DNA from: an uncultured bacterium
Lineage (GTDB): Bacteria > Patescibacteriota > Minisyncoccia > Phycocordibacterales > DATDWN01
Direction: 5' to 3'
Length of the DNA stretch: 64,000 nt
Assembly (NCBI GenBank): GCA_963727715.1
Contig: CAVSGX010000004.1
Coordinates: 82,582 to 146,581, forward strand
How positions within the stretch are numbered: position 1 is the first letter of the stretch; the number at the start of each line of letters is the position of its first letter. Position numbers and translations under genes: made by a program. Below, piece after piece: positions 55,202 through 64,000 of the stretch. The notes below the pieces were generated by a model that made no database searches, was not told the origin of the DNA, and saw nothing but the letters and a program-made list of their open reading frames with translations.

Positions 55202-55600
55202 AAAGAAATCCACCACTCACTTTGTGTTTGGTGGACAATTAACAACTAACTATTTTATTCAAACTCAATTTTCTCGATCCCAAGATCACAAGGATCAACA
55301 AAATCAACTTCTAATCTTGGATTCCCTGGCTCCCCGGTTTTTGAACACTTTCCATTTGATAAAACCTTAACAACCACGGGACAACCTCCATGAGAATACA
55401 AAAAGTATATTAGGTGATTTTCTCTAAAAAAACCATGTTCCACGAAAGCAAGTCGGCTACGACGAATTACTCTCGCTTTATTACCCACATCTACCATTTG
55501 CTGTAACTGCGGCATCATTACCTCCGGAGGTATACTAGCACATATTACAATAAAGGCAACGGACTCGCATTATAAAAAATATTATGATATAAAGTTTTAA

Positions 55601-56434
55601 ATGCTCAAGAAAATTTTTAAAATTGTTGTTTACATTTTCGCCGTCATTGGTTTTGTTTTGGTGGCTGGATATTTTGCTGTAAGATTTGGTTTGACAAATG
55701 TTCGTGGCATCATTGATGTTCAGCAACAGAGTTTTTTACAGAGTGGCCAAAGCGGACAAACTGCAAATGTAGTCGGTTCGCAGAGCAAAACATATTATTG
55801 GCAGACACTTCCCGAATGGCAAGTTATCAAAGTGGCCGTGCAAAAAGATCAGGGTGTCATTTCTCGCGCGGCAATGGTCAGTGGTGTTCCGGCTCGGCTC
55901 ATTGTGGCAGAGCTTATGGTAGAGCAAATTCGTTTTTTCACTGACGACCGCGAATCTTTCAAGAAATTTTTTGAACCTCTAAAAATTCTCGGCAGTGAAA
56001 CGCAATTCTCATGGGGTGTGATGGGTATCAAAGAGGATACAGCAATACAAATTGAAAATAATTTAAAAGACCCATCTTCGCCGTTCTACTTGGGACCGCA
56101 ATACGAACATCTTTTAGATTTTCAAACAGACAACCCGAAACAAGAACGCTTTGCCCGTATGACAGACCAGCACGACCACTATTATAGTTATCTCTACGCC
56201 GGACTTTATTTGCATGAAGTTGAAACACAATGGAAATCAGCTGGTTTTGATATCTCCGCCCGACCGGAAATTATTTCCACTCTCTACAACATCGGCTTTG
56301 CCAATTCAAAACCGAACGGAAACCCGCAATCCGGTGGCGCGCCGATCACACTCGGCCCGCAAACTTACAGCTTTGGTTCCCTGGCCGCCGAGTTTTACAA
56401 TTCAAATGAGTTACTAAACGAGTCCCCGAGGTAA
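55601..56434 (+). CDS. Hypothetical membrane-anchored protein.
   Basis: N-terminal TM helix VVYIFAVIGFVLVAGYFAV. Confidence 0.4.
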   Translation: MLKKIFKIVVYIFAVIGFVLVAGYFAVRFGLTNVRGIIDVQQQSFLQSGQSGQTANVVGSQSKTYYWQTLPEWQVIKVAVQKDQGVISRAAMVSGVPARLIVAELMVEQIRFFTDDRESFKKFFEPLKILGSETQFSWGVMGIKEDTAIQIENNLKDPSSPFYLGPQYEHLLDFQTDNPKQERFARMTDQHDHYYSYLYAGLYLHEVETQWKSAGFDISARPEIISTLYNIGFANSKPNGNPQSGGAPITLGPQTYSFGSLAAEFYNSNELLNESPR

Positions 56435-57034
56435 TTATTTTTTGTAGAAAAATTTGCTCTTATTGTTAGTAAATTCTTCAAGAAGTTCCGACCAATATTT
56501 ATTGACTATTTTTGATTTGGAAATCTTTTCATTTTTATTTTCCACCACTTCTTCAAAAGTTACTCTCATTTCCTTGTGTAATTTCCCATCTTCAAGATAA
56601 ATTTGAATTGGTGGCAAAAGTTTATCAAGAGCATAAATAAATCTGCTTTCCTCGTCTTGTTTCTTTTCATATCTTTCAATAATTTTTGCCAAAGATTTAA
56701 AAAATGGAAATTTTTCTTTTATTTTTTTCAAAGATTCTTTTTCTCTTTTATGTTTTGAAGAATTTAAATTTTTATCCACAAAAAACGTGTCCCCCGCATA
56801 AATCTCCACCAAATCGTGCGCCAGAGCGTACATAAAACAAAGCTCTTTGTCGAGTTTGAGTTTGTCCTGCTCAATCAAAAACCAAGCCACCATGGCCAGC
56901 TGGTAACTATGCTCGGCGTCGTTTTCAAAACGTTCGCGAAATGGGGGTCTGGCTACGCGGATAATCTCCTGAAATTCATGAGTAAATTCAATAAAGTCCA
57001 AGAGCTGTTCAAATTCTTTGGAAAATTTTTTCAT
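56435..57034 (-). CDS. HD-domain phosphohydrolase (YfbR-like).
   Basis: …NDAEHSYQLAM… and …HDLVEIYAGD… are the two halves of the HD metal-ligand motif. Confidence 0.75.
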   Translation of the reverse strand: MKKFSKEFEQLLDFIEFTHEFQEIIRVARPPFRERFENDAEHSYQLAMVAWFLIEQDKLKLDKELCFMYALAHDLVEIYAGDTFFVDKNLNSSKHKREKESLKKIKEKFPFFKSLAKIIERYEKKQDEESRFIYALDKLLPPIQIYLEDGKLHKEMRVTFEEVVENKNEKISKSKIVNKYWSELLEEFTNNKSKFFYKK

Positions 57035-57036
57035 TG

Positions 57037-57110
57037 TCCGCCCTCCACGACTCGAACGTGGGACCCTCGAGGTATAAGCTCGATGCTCTAACCAACTGAG
57101 CTAAGGGCGG
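57037..57110 (-). tRNA. tRNA-Ile with anticodon UAU. CCA is not encoded.
   Basis: Perfect cloverleaf CCGCCCT-TA-GCTC-AGTTGGTTA-GAGC-A-TCGAG-CTTATAC-CTCGA-GGGTC-CCACG-TTCGAGT-CGTGG-AGGGCGG-A. Anticodon loop CU-UAU-AC. Confidence 0.8.
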
Positions 57111-57169
57111 ATATTTTAAAACTATACTAGCATAAAACAAAGTCCGAAAAAACAAAAGACTAGCCGAAG

Positions 57170-57394
57170 CTAGCCTATATGATAAACAAGAGAATCTCCC
57201 GGGTGACGGACCGGTAAACCACCGTCTGGTTTTAAAACCATTGGTTCTAAACTGTCATCCCTCCCGCATTTATTGCAAATTTCATGAACAACAGTTTTAC
57301 CATCTTCTTCAATCAGTATATCCTCAATAATACCACCACAAGCAACAAGCTCTCCATCAATCAAACGAACACCCCCACATTTTCTTATACTCAT
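57170..57394 (-). CDS. Small zinc-ribbon protein (75 aa).
   Basis: GGAGA Shine-Dalgarno 5 nt upstream of ATG 57394. Two CxxC-like pairs (C..GG...CGG ... C.KCG). The ORF-track start at 57466 would overlap the ftsH stop. Confidence 0.45.
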   Translation of the reverse strand: MSIRKCGGVRLIDGELVACGGIIEDILIEEDGKTVVHEICNKCGRDDSLEPMVLKPDGGLPVRHPGDSLVYHIG

Positions 57395-57449
57395 GACAGT
57401 CTCCTTGTTTAAATTAACATAAAAACCAAAAACAGACAAGTCCAAAAAT

Positions 57450-59387
57450 TTACACTTGATGTTCAATATCCATTTTCTGTTTCGGAGTGATGCCGTGAGA
57501 AATCAGGATTTGCTCAAACTCCGGTCTCTCGATTGTTTCCACATCCATCAGACGTTTGGCGATGGCGTCAAGAAGCGGACGGTTTTCGGTGATGGTGTTT
57601 ATGGCTTTGCTTTCAGCCTCTTTCATAATGCGCGAAACTTCAGCATCAATATCGGCAGCCACTTTCTCGGAAAATTCTTTTTCTTCCACACCGCGACCGA
57701 ACAAAACTTTGCCACCCTGCCCTTCCAGCGCCACCGGTCCGAGTTTTTCCGACATCCCATATTTCGTGACCATATCGCGAGCCAAAGCGGTGGAAACCTG
57801 CAAATCGTTTGATGGTCCTGTGGTCAAATCATCAAAAAGCATTCTCTCGGTCACATAACCGCCGAGGGAAACAGCGATGTCGTCCAGAAATTCTTTTTTG
57901 GATTGCAGTTTTTTGTCTTCAAACGGCAGTTTCAAAACATAACCGGCGGCGTGCCCGCGCGAGATGATGGAAATTTTGTGCACCGGATCGGCATACGGCA
58001 AAATGGAAGCCAAGACGGCATGGCCGGCTTCGTGGTAAGCGGTGATTTCTTTTTCTTTTTTGGAAAGAATGTGACTTTTGCGTTCCGGCCCGAGCATCAC
58101 TTTTTCTATGGAGCGAATTAAATCATACTGCGAAACTTTTTGGCGATTTTCGCGCGCGGCTAAAATAGCGCCTTCGTTCATCAGCGAATACAGATCGGCG
58201 CCGGAAAATCCGGGTGTGCGTTCGGCGATGACTTTCAGATTGACATCCTCGGCGAAGGGTTTTTTGACAGCATGCACTTTCAAAATTTCTTCGCGGTCGG
58301 CCCGATCTGGCAAGTCCAACGTGACCCGTCGGTCAAATCTGCCCGGTCGCAAAAGAGCGGGGTCTAAAACATCTGGACGGTTTGTCGCCGCCATGACAAT
58401 CACTTTTTCGTTCGGTTCAAAACCATCCATTTCCACCAAAATCTGATTGAGGGTTTGTTCGCGTTCGTCATTCCCGCCACCGGCGCCAACACCGCGAATT
58501 CTGCCGACCGCGTCAATTTCATCCACAAAAATAATGGCTGGCGCGTTTTTCTTGGCCATTAAAAATAGATCACGCACACGCGAAGCGCCGACACCAACAA
58601 ACATTTCCACGAACTCCGAACCGGAAATGGAAAAGAAAGCTACACCGGCCTCTCCCGCCACAGCCCGAGCTAGCAAAGTTTTGCCTGTGCCAGGCGCGCC
58701 CATGAGTAGTATGCCTTTTGGAATTCGCGCCCCGATGTCTAGAAACTTTTTTGGATTTTTCAAAAAATCCACAATTTCTGAAAGTTCTTCTTTGGCTTCT
58801 TTGCAACCGGCCACATCTTTGAATGTCACGCGTTGCGATTTGTCGTTCGGATCAATCATTCTAGCTTTGGATTGGCCAAAAGTCAGAGCTTGCATCCCTG
58901 CCCCGCGAACTTGCCGACTGATAAACCAAATAAAAATCAAAATAAAAAGCAGAGGAAAAATAATCGGAGCCAAATTGACCATCCAATAACCAAAACCTGT
59001 ATCTTCTTTGACAGTGATGCTAACTTTCCCGATGTCAGCTGGGGCCAAACCATAATTGACCAATGTTTGCGACAGAGCCTCGCCCGATTCTTTCTTGGCG
59101 TTTTTGATATCACCATTTTTGTATGTCAGTTGCAAATCGTCGCCTGTCACCACGATGCTAGTTACACTGCCGACTTTGATGTCTGTTGAAATTTGCGAAA
59201 GAGAAACGGTCGGCACCGATTTGGTTTTGTTGGAAATGTAGGAATAAGCCGAGGACAGCACAGCAAAAATAATTATTACCGATAAAATATATGTCAAAAT
59301 AGACCAGCCACTTTCCGGGTTGTCTTTCTTGTTCGGCGATTTTTTGATGATTATTTTGGTTGGTTTTTTTGGATTTTCCGGGTTCAT
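57450..59387 (-). CDS. ftsH: ATP-dependent zinc metalloprotease FtsH.
   Basis: N-terminal TM helices. AAA module GAPGTGKT...; protease HEAGHA. Confidence 0.97.
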   Translation of the reverse strand: MNPENPKKPTKIIIKKSPNKKDNPESGWSILTYILSVIIIFAVLSSAYSYISNKTKSVPTVSLSQISTDIKVGSVTSIVVTGDDLQLTYKNGDIKNAKKESGEALSQTLVNYGLAPADIGKVSITVKEDTGFGYWMVNLAPIIFPLLFILIFIWFISRQVRGAGMQALTFGQSKARMIDPNDKSQRVTFKDVAGCKEAKEELSEIVDFLKNPKKFLDIGARIPKGILLMGAPGTGKTLLARAVAGEAGVAFFSISGSEFVEMFVGVGASRVRDLFLMAKKNAPAIIFVDEIDAVGRIRGVGAGGGNDEREQTLNQILVEMDGFEPNEKVIVMAATNRPDVLDPALLRPGRFDRRVTLDLPDRADREEILKVHAVKKPFAEDVNLKVIAERTPGFSGADLYSLMNEGAILAARENRQKVSQYDLIRSIEKVMLGPERKSHILSKKEKEITAYHEAGHAVLASILPYADPVHKISIISRGHAAGYVLKLPFEDKKLQSKKEFLDDIAVSLGGYVTERMLFDDLTTGPSNDLQVSTALARDMVTKYGMSEKLGPVALEGQGGKVLFGRGVEEKEFSEKVAADIDAEVSRIMKEAESKAINTITENRPLLDAIAKRLMDVETIERPEFEQILISHGITPKQKMDIEHQV

Positions 59388-59502
59388 AGGTCAATACAAT
59401 AACATAAAGACAGAAAAAAAGAAACGGTCTTCATTGTTTGTTCAGATTCATTCTGTTAGAATTAGTGCTCGGTCAGCAGATTTTAATATAAAAAATAAAA
59501 AT

Positions 59503-60102
59503 ATGATAAAACAATTTCAAGAAAAAAAATTTAATATTGGCTCGCTTGTCGGCATTTCGGAGAAAACAATGGGAGAACATTTGAAACTTTACGCCGGCTA
59601 TGTAAAAAATTCGAACGCTGTGGTTGAGAAGATCGCCGAATTTTCACAGGACACGGAGAAAAATGCATATCTTCTCGGCGAGCTTTTTCGGCGTTTCAGT
59701 TTTGAATACAACGGAATGCGCAATCATGAGTTGTATTTTGACAGTTTGTCTGATGGGGCTAAATCATTTTCGCAAGACAGTAATCTTGCAAAAATGATCG
59801 CCCGAGATTTCGGTTCGTTTGATTTATGGCTTTCGCAATTCAAAATTTTGGCCACTACTCGCGGAGTCGGCTGGGCAATGCTTTGGTACGACAGAAAAGA
59901 CGACCGATTGCTTTGCTCGTGGATTGATGAACAACATTTGGGACAACTCTCCGATTGCGCGCCGATTTTGGCTTTGGATATGTGGGAACACTCCTTCGTG
60001 GCCGATTACCAGCCAAGTGGCAAGAAAAAATACATTGAAGATTTTTTCACAAATCTGAATTGGCAGAAAGTTGAAAAAAATTATCTGGATGCAACAAAAT
60101 AA
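59503..60102 (+). CDS. sod: Fe/Mn superoxide dismutase-like protein. Start at ATG 59503.
   Basis: DMWEHSFVADY (D-x-W-E-H), GVGWAMLWYD, NHELYF. Confidence 0.65.
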   Translation: MIKQFQEKKFNIGSLVGISEKTMGEHLKLYAGYVKNSNAVVEKIAEFSQDTEKNAYLLGELFRRFSFEYNGMRNHELYFDSLSDGAKSFSQDSNLAKMIARDFGSFDLWLSQFKILATTRGVGWAMLWYDRKDDRLLCSWIDEQHLGQLSDCAPILALDMWEHSFVADYQPSGKKKYIEDFFTNLNWQKVEKNYLDATK

Positions 60103-60115
60103 AATTAAATATAAT

Positions 60116-60415
60116 TTAAGACCGCCCTTTCTCGGCGGCCCATTTTGCTTGCATCCTCATAAGATTCCGACTTCGCCCTCTGTGACGATTTGCCTCTACC
60201 AAATGAGATAACAGATAATCACACCTTTTAAGAGCTCTTTGAAAATTCTTAGTGAGACTCTTTTTTTGGCCAAAAACTTTTTCACAACATTTTACTAAGC
60301 GACTTCCAAGATGAACTAATCTCCGATATTCTTCAACACCGAGATTTTCAGGACCTTTAGACGTTTTTAGACAAATTCTAAACAATCTTCGTTCCAAACT
60401 TTGTTTGTAATTCAC
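60116..60415 (-). CDS. Hypothetical basic protein (100 aa, GTG start).
   Basis: Perfect AAGGAGG Shine-Dalgarno 5 nt upstream of GTG 60415. Consensus promoter TTGACT-16-TATTAT upstream. Confidence 0.5.
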   Translation of the reverse strand: MNYKQSLERRLFRICLKTSKGPENLGVEEYRRLVHLGSRLVKCCEKVFGQKKSLTKNFQRALKRCDYLLSHLVEANRHRGRSRNLMRMQAKWAAEKGRS

Positions 60416-60432
60416 AATAACCTCCTTTTGGA

Positions 60433-60506
60433 ATAATATGCTAGTTTTTAAAATAGTCAAATAAAAAATGCGGGGTGGTTGACTTTTAGTTTTAAGATGA
60501 TAATCT
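60433..60506. promoter_or_regulatory. Back-to-back consensus sigma70 promoters for the divergent pair. Plus strand: TTGACT 60479-60484 / TAATCT 60501-60506. Minus strand: TTGACT as rc of 60455-60460 / TATTAT as rc of 60433-60438.
   Basis: Hexamers and spacers read directly from the sequence. Confidence 0.55.
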
Positions 60507-60525
60507 GTCACCGGAGGTAATTTTC

Positions 60526-60768
60526 GTGGGTAATAATGCAAATACTTGCAAAGAATTGAATTTGGAATTGGTGAATGAAATGTCCACGGCTCTGATAAGA
60601 GCCCACCGGATTATTGGCTGTTTATACATAACAGCCACTTTAAAAGCCAGCCAAGCGACAAGAAACTTAGTAGTTGCTCAAGTTGCTGAAGCTTCTCAAA
60701 TTGGGTACAGAGAAGCTAAGGGACTTTTGGAGAGAGCTGAAAGAATATACGAATTGCCTGATGAATAA
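60526..60768 (+). CDS. Hypothetical small protein (80 aa, GTG start).
   Basis: GGAGG Shine-Dalgarno 8 nt upstream; consensus promoter upstream. Confidence 0.45.
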   Translation: MGNNANTCKELNLELVNEMSTALIRAHRIIGCLYITATLKASQATRNLVVAQVAEASQIGYREAKGLLERAERIYELPDE

Positions 60769-60785
60769 ATTCTGGGGCGGAAGCT

Positions 60786-62258
60786 TCAGGATTTTCTTTT
60801 TTGCAAAAAATACAAACCGGTGCCGATGAGTGTGTAAATTAAAATGACAACCCACGGCGAAAACGCCGGTAAAATGAATGAGCCGAAATAAAGTGTGGCA
60901 CCGATGTGGACAATGGTGAGCTGGTACCACAAAAGAGCATATGAAAAAATAGCCGGAATGTATGAAAGCCACAAAGAAAACATTCCGAAAAACCCCGTAA
61001 GAAAACCGAGAAACATCGCGCTTGGCACTGTGGCCAAAATCAAAATGTTGACGGGCAGAGCGACGAGCGAAAGAATGCCGGTTTGATAAATTAGAAAAGG
61101 CAGAACAACGAGCTGTGTGGAAATTGTGGCTGAAACGATTTCACGCATGCCAAATTTTTCCGGCACGCGAGTTAAGTGCGGTTCCAGAAAAGGCGAAACG
61201 AAAATAATGCCGATGGTGGCCAAAACCGAAAGTTGAAAAGAGACATCAAAAACCAAAAGCAAAGGATTCCAAAAAATCATCAGGACAACGGCCAGACCGA
61301 AAGCTCGGGCCACGCTATACTCTCTGCCGAACTTTCGAGCAATCAAAGCAGTCAAAACCATTATGGTCGCGCGCACAGCCGAAGCCCCGCCACCGGCCAA
61401 AATGGTGAACAAAATAATTCCGAGCGAACCGATTAGAAACGAAAATGTGGCCGGTAAAAAAGAAAAGAAAGCGATGACACTTTCGGCCACAATGGTAATG
61501 TTGTAGCCGGACAAGACCACCACATGCGAGACACCGGCACGGGCAAATTCAGAGAGCCACTCTTTGCCCAGCGACTGTTTGGCGCCGAGCAAAAGTCCGG
61601 CCGAGAGGTCTGACTCCGGTGGTGGCAGGCTTCGATTCATAGCCGAGACAAAAGTATTTTTTATTTTGAACAAATATTTTTTAATCACACTGCCGTGGTT
61701 TTGCGAAAGTAATTTCGGATAAACAAAACCGGCGGTGTACCAGATGCCCCGAACACGCAGATATCCGCCGTAATCAAACTCGCGGTCATTTGATTTTATT
61801 TTAGCCGGCAAAGAAAGTTTAGCCGAAAAAGAAATTTGATCACCGTAAGAAAATTGCGGATACAGTTCAGTAGTGATTAAAATTTTTTCGGAAAAAGGTT
61901 CGGTTGTCGTACCAACTTTGGCCAATTGCAAAAGAACGGTGAGCATTGCGGCTTTCTCGCGAACATCCGGCTCGTCAACTATGATGCCGACGAATTCGGT
62001 TTTTTTGTTTTCAAACTGGGAAAGAGTTGACGCGCGATAATTGTCAGAAAAATGCATTCGTGTCATGCCAAATATCGCGCCCAAAATAAAAATGGAAATA
62101 AAAAACAACAACCATTGTTGATTTTTTTGAACAAAAAATGAATAACTGAAAATCAGAAACCCGAAACAAACCACAATCAACACCAAACCCCAACTCGGAA
62201 AAATAAAAGAACCAATAAATATTCCGATGATAAAACCGAAAATTAAAGAGAGGATCAT
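60786..62258 (-). CDS. comEC: Competence protein ComEC/Rec2 (DUF4131 plus Competence domains only; no fused MBL domain).
   Basis: ~10 TM helices. Conserved ...LSAGLLLGAKQSLGKEWLSEFARAGVSHVVVLSGYNITIVA.... Confidence 0.75.
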   Translation of the reverse strand: MILSLIFGFIIGIFIGSFIFPSWGLVLIVVCFGFLIFSYSFFVQKNQQWLLFFISIFILGAIFGMTRMHFSDNYRASTLSQFENKKTEFVGIIVDEPDVREKAAMLTVLLQLAKVGTTTEPFSEKILITTELYPQFSYGDQISFSAKLSLPAKIKSNDREFDYGGYLRVRGIWYTAGFVYPKLLSQNHGSVIKKYLFKIKNTFVSAMNRSLPPPESDLSAGLLLGAKQSLGKEWLSEFARAGVSHVVVLSGYNITIVAESVIAFFSFLPATFSFLIGSLGIILFTILAGGGASAVRATIMVLTALIARKFGREYSVARAFGLAVVLMIFWNPLLLVFDVSFQLSVLATIGIIFVSPFLEPHLTRVPEKFGMREIVSATISTQLVVLPFLIYQTGILSLVALPVNILILATVPSAMFLGFLTGFFGMFSLWLSYIPAIFSYALLWYQLTIVHIGATLYFGSFILPAFSPWVVILIYTLIGTGLYFLQKRKS

Positions 62259-62404
62259 GAGAAATTTCTAATTTTTAATTAACCTAATTTCTAAATAAAT
62301 TCTAATGACCAAATAACAAATTAGAAACTAAATCTGCTAGATCAGATTTTATTTTGAAATTGGTTATTGTTTAAAAATTAGAAATTAGATTAATTAGAAA
62401 TTTT
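62259..62404. promoter_or_regulatory. TAGAAATT-repeat upstream element, second copy (see 48966-49103).
   Basis: gagaaatttctaatttttaatt ... ttagaaattagattaattagaaatt. Confidence 0.6.
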
Positions 62405-63076
62405 TTCAAACCCAGAAATTATTTCCGCTTCTTCTTCCGGCGAGCGGGCTTTTTTGTATTTGGCGCCGGAAACACCGATGGTGTGCGCTCGGCAATCTTC
62501 CCAAGTTTTGTGCGTTGTGACAATGCCACCTACAAGAGAAACGTATGAGTAAGCGTAGATTCGCGACGGTTTGGCTGGTTTATTTTTCTCCGGCAAAGAG
62601 AGCGAGATGCCGTAACGCGAGAGCGAGCCGATATACAAAACAACCGGTTTCTTGTCGGCAAAAGATGTGGCAATAATGTCGCATCTCTCGTTGGCCGGAA
62701 TACCGGAATGCCCTTTCAGCAGTTGCCAATCTATTTTTTTCTTGGTTCGCGCTGTGGCAAGAAGCCTTTCCCACAAATCGCGATTCAAAACATCTTGCTT
62801 TTGCGAAGTTTGCCAATTATTTTTTTGCCAACCTAAAACCCAGCGTGTCGCACCGGAGAGAACATAAGCTGAATCGGTGTAAACGACAATCGGATCGCTG
62901 AAGCCGGCTTTTTCCAATCCGGAAATGGCCGCCAAAAGTTCCATTCTGTTGTTTGTGGTGTGCTCTTCCCCACCACCGAGTTCTGTCACCGTCTCGTCGG
63001 TGGCCAAAATAGTGCCCCAACCGCCCGGTCCGGGATTCCCTCTGGCCGCCCCATCTGTGAAAATAGTTGTGGTCAT
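62390..63076 (-). CDS. rnhA: Ribonuclease HI with a C-terminal hybrid-binding (Cauli_VI-like) domain.
   Basis: N-terminal RNase H fold (IFTDGAARGNPGPGGWG...TNNRMEL...VYTDSAY...HSGIPANERCD). The C-terminal segment YAYSYVSLVGGIVTTHKTWEDCRAHTIGVSGAKYKKARSPEEEAEII matches the HBD pattern. Confidence 0.8.
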   Translation of the reverse strand: MTTTIFTDGAARGNPGPGGWGTILATDETVTELGGGEEHTTNNRMELLAAISGLEKAGFSDPIVVYTDSAYVLSGATRWVLGWQKNNWQTSQKQDVLNRDLWERLLATARTKKKIDWQLLKGHSGIPANERCDIIATSFADKKPVVLYIGSLSRYGISLSLPEKNKPAKPSRIYAYSYVSLVGGIVTTHKTWEDCRAHTIGVSGAKYKKARSPEEEAEIISGFEKISN

Positions 63077-63088
63077 AAAATAAGTATA

Positions 63089-64000
63089 TCAAAAGATATC
63101 AACAATGCGCAGACGAAGTTCGGGAAAGTTGCGAAAGTTGGATTTCTCCAATGTGGCCACCAGATTTATTTTGGAACCAACATCCATCGCGACTGGAAAT
63201 TTTTTCGGCTCGGAGAAAAATGAGATGGCGGTAACTTCCTTGTCGGAATTGTTGTCGTCGCAGACTTTTATTTCCAGATGATTTTTTTCCTTGCCGAATT
63301 GTTTGACTGCCGAGACAGTCGCATTTTCAAACCAGAACATCGGCTTCGGATTTTCAAAACCGAACGGCGCGAATTTGGCCACCGTATCGTACAAATCCCA
63401 ATCAACATCGGAAAGTTGCAATTTTTTATCAACCAAAATTTCAGATACAGAATTTTTATTTTTTAATTTCAAAAAAGCTTGGTTCAGTTTTTCTTCCAGT
63501 TGGTGAATGTTTTCCTGAGCCACCGAAAATCCGCCAGCCCCGCTGTGCCCACCATATTCCACAAAAATATCTTTGGCTTCACCCATAAGTTCAAAGACAC
63601 TAACGTCCCCACCAGAGCGACAGGAACCTTTAATGACACTATTGCCATTTGTGCCTTCCCTGCCCCACAGAAAAACCGGCCGATTGTGCTCATCGCTGAA
63701 ACTATTTGCCACTAAACCGAGAAGTGACGGTTTCCATTTTGGATTGCCGAGAACCAAAACATTTTTCATTTGTTCTTCGCGGTCTGAAATCTTTTTTTTG
63801 ATTTCCTTGACCATGCTGGCCACCAAACCTTTTCGTTCATCATTTTTTTTGTTCAGGTGTTCAGCCAGCGCGCCAGCTTCTACCATATCCGTGGTGGACA
63901 AAAGTTTGAAAGCATCAAGCGGGATGCCCATCCGCGAAGCGGCATTGACGCGCGGAGTGATCATAAAAACAATGTCATCTTCGGTCACGTTTCTCTGGTC
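63089..64000 (-). CDS. recJ: Single-stranded-DNA exonuclease RecJ, C-terminal part. The 5' end of the gene lies beyond the window end.
   Basis: DHHA1 region GGHSGAGGF and the RecJ OB-fold tail. Confidence 0.75.
   Translation of the reverse strand, partial: DQRNVTEDDIVFMITPRVNAASRMGIPLDAFKLLSTTDMVEAGALAEHLNKKNDERKGLVASMVKEIKKKISDREEQMKNVLVLGNPKWKPSLLGLVANSFSDEHNRPVFLWGREGTNGNSVIKGSCRSGGDVSVFELMGEAKDIFVEYGGHSGAGGFSVAQENIHQLEEKLNQAFLKLKNKNSVSEILVDKKLQLSDVDWDLYDTVAKFAPFGFENPKPMFWFENATVSAVKQFGKEKNHLEIKVCDDNNSDKEVTAISFFSEPKKFPVAMDVGSKINLVATLEKSNFRNFPELRLRIVDIF

Noticed and set aside
55255-55518. Minus-strand 87-aa ORF downstream of recG.
   Set aside because: No start context or motif. It overlaps a hairpin-rich intergenic region. 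Left uncalled.
48966-62404. Possibility that the TAGAAATT-repeat regions are CRISPR arrays.
   Set aside because: There is no regular repeat-spacer periodicity and no cas genes. The repeats are short AT-rich boxes placed symmetrically upstream of genes.

Overview
Low-GC, gene-dense bacterial window in which most genes lack Shine-Dalgarno sequences. This is consistent with a Candidate Phyla Radiation / Patescibacteria-type genome, but that assignment is an inference. Content, in order:

- A 23S rRNA gene on the minus strand (partial, 5' end near 2495). It carries large insertions and is not linked to a 16S gene.
- A ribosomal / str-operon region: rplL-rplJ; rpsL-rpsG-fusA ... tuf ... rpsJ-rplC-rplD-rplW-rplB; also rpsF-ssb-rpsR, rpmB and efp. 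This region is interrupted by an IS30-family element, small antisense ORFs, a giant ORF and a GC-rich island.
- Housekeeping genes: ftsK, recA, recG, ftsH, metG, glyQS, tatD, purN-like, sod, rnhA, recJ (partial), comEC.
- A block of five consecutive secreted/envelope protein genes (6188-14285).
- Two IS30-family transposases and one tRNA-Ile with anticodon UAU.

Non-coding features not explained by the genes: (i) three copies of a ~170-nt long-hairpin repeat with a conserved core and compensatory changes; (ii) two copies of a ~70-nt palindrome with covariation, upstream of tuf and of a membrane-protein gene; (iii) a GC-rich ~330-nt candidate ncRNA bounded by a consensus promoter and a terminator; (iv) a shared TAGAAATT-repeat upstream element in front of two membrane-protein genes.

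Five apparent frameshifts (fusA x2, metG, glyQS, one IS30 transposase) most likely reflect homopolymer indel errors. All calls are from reading the sequence by eye. No database searches were run.
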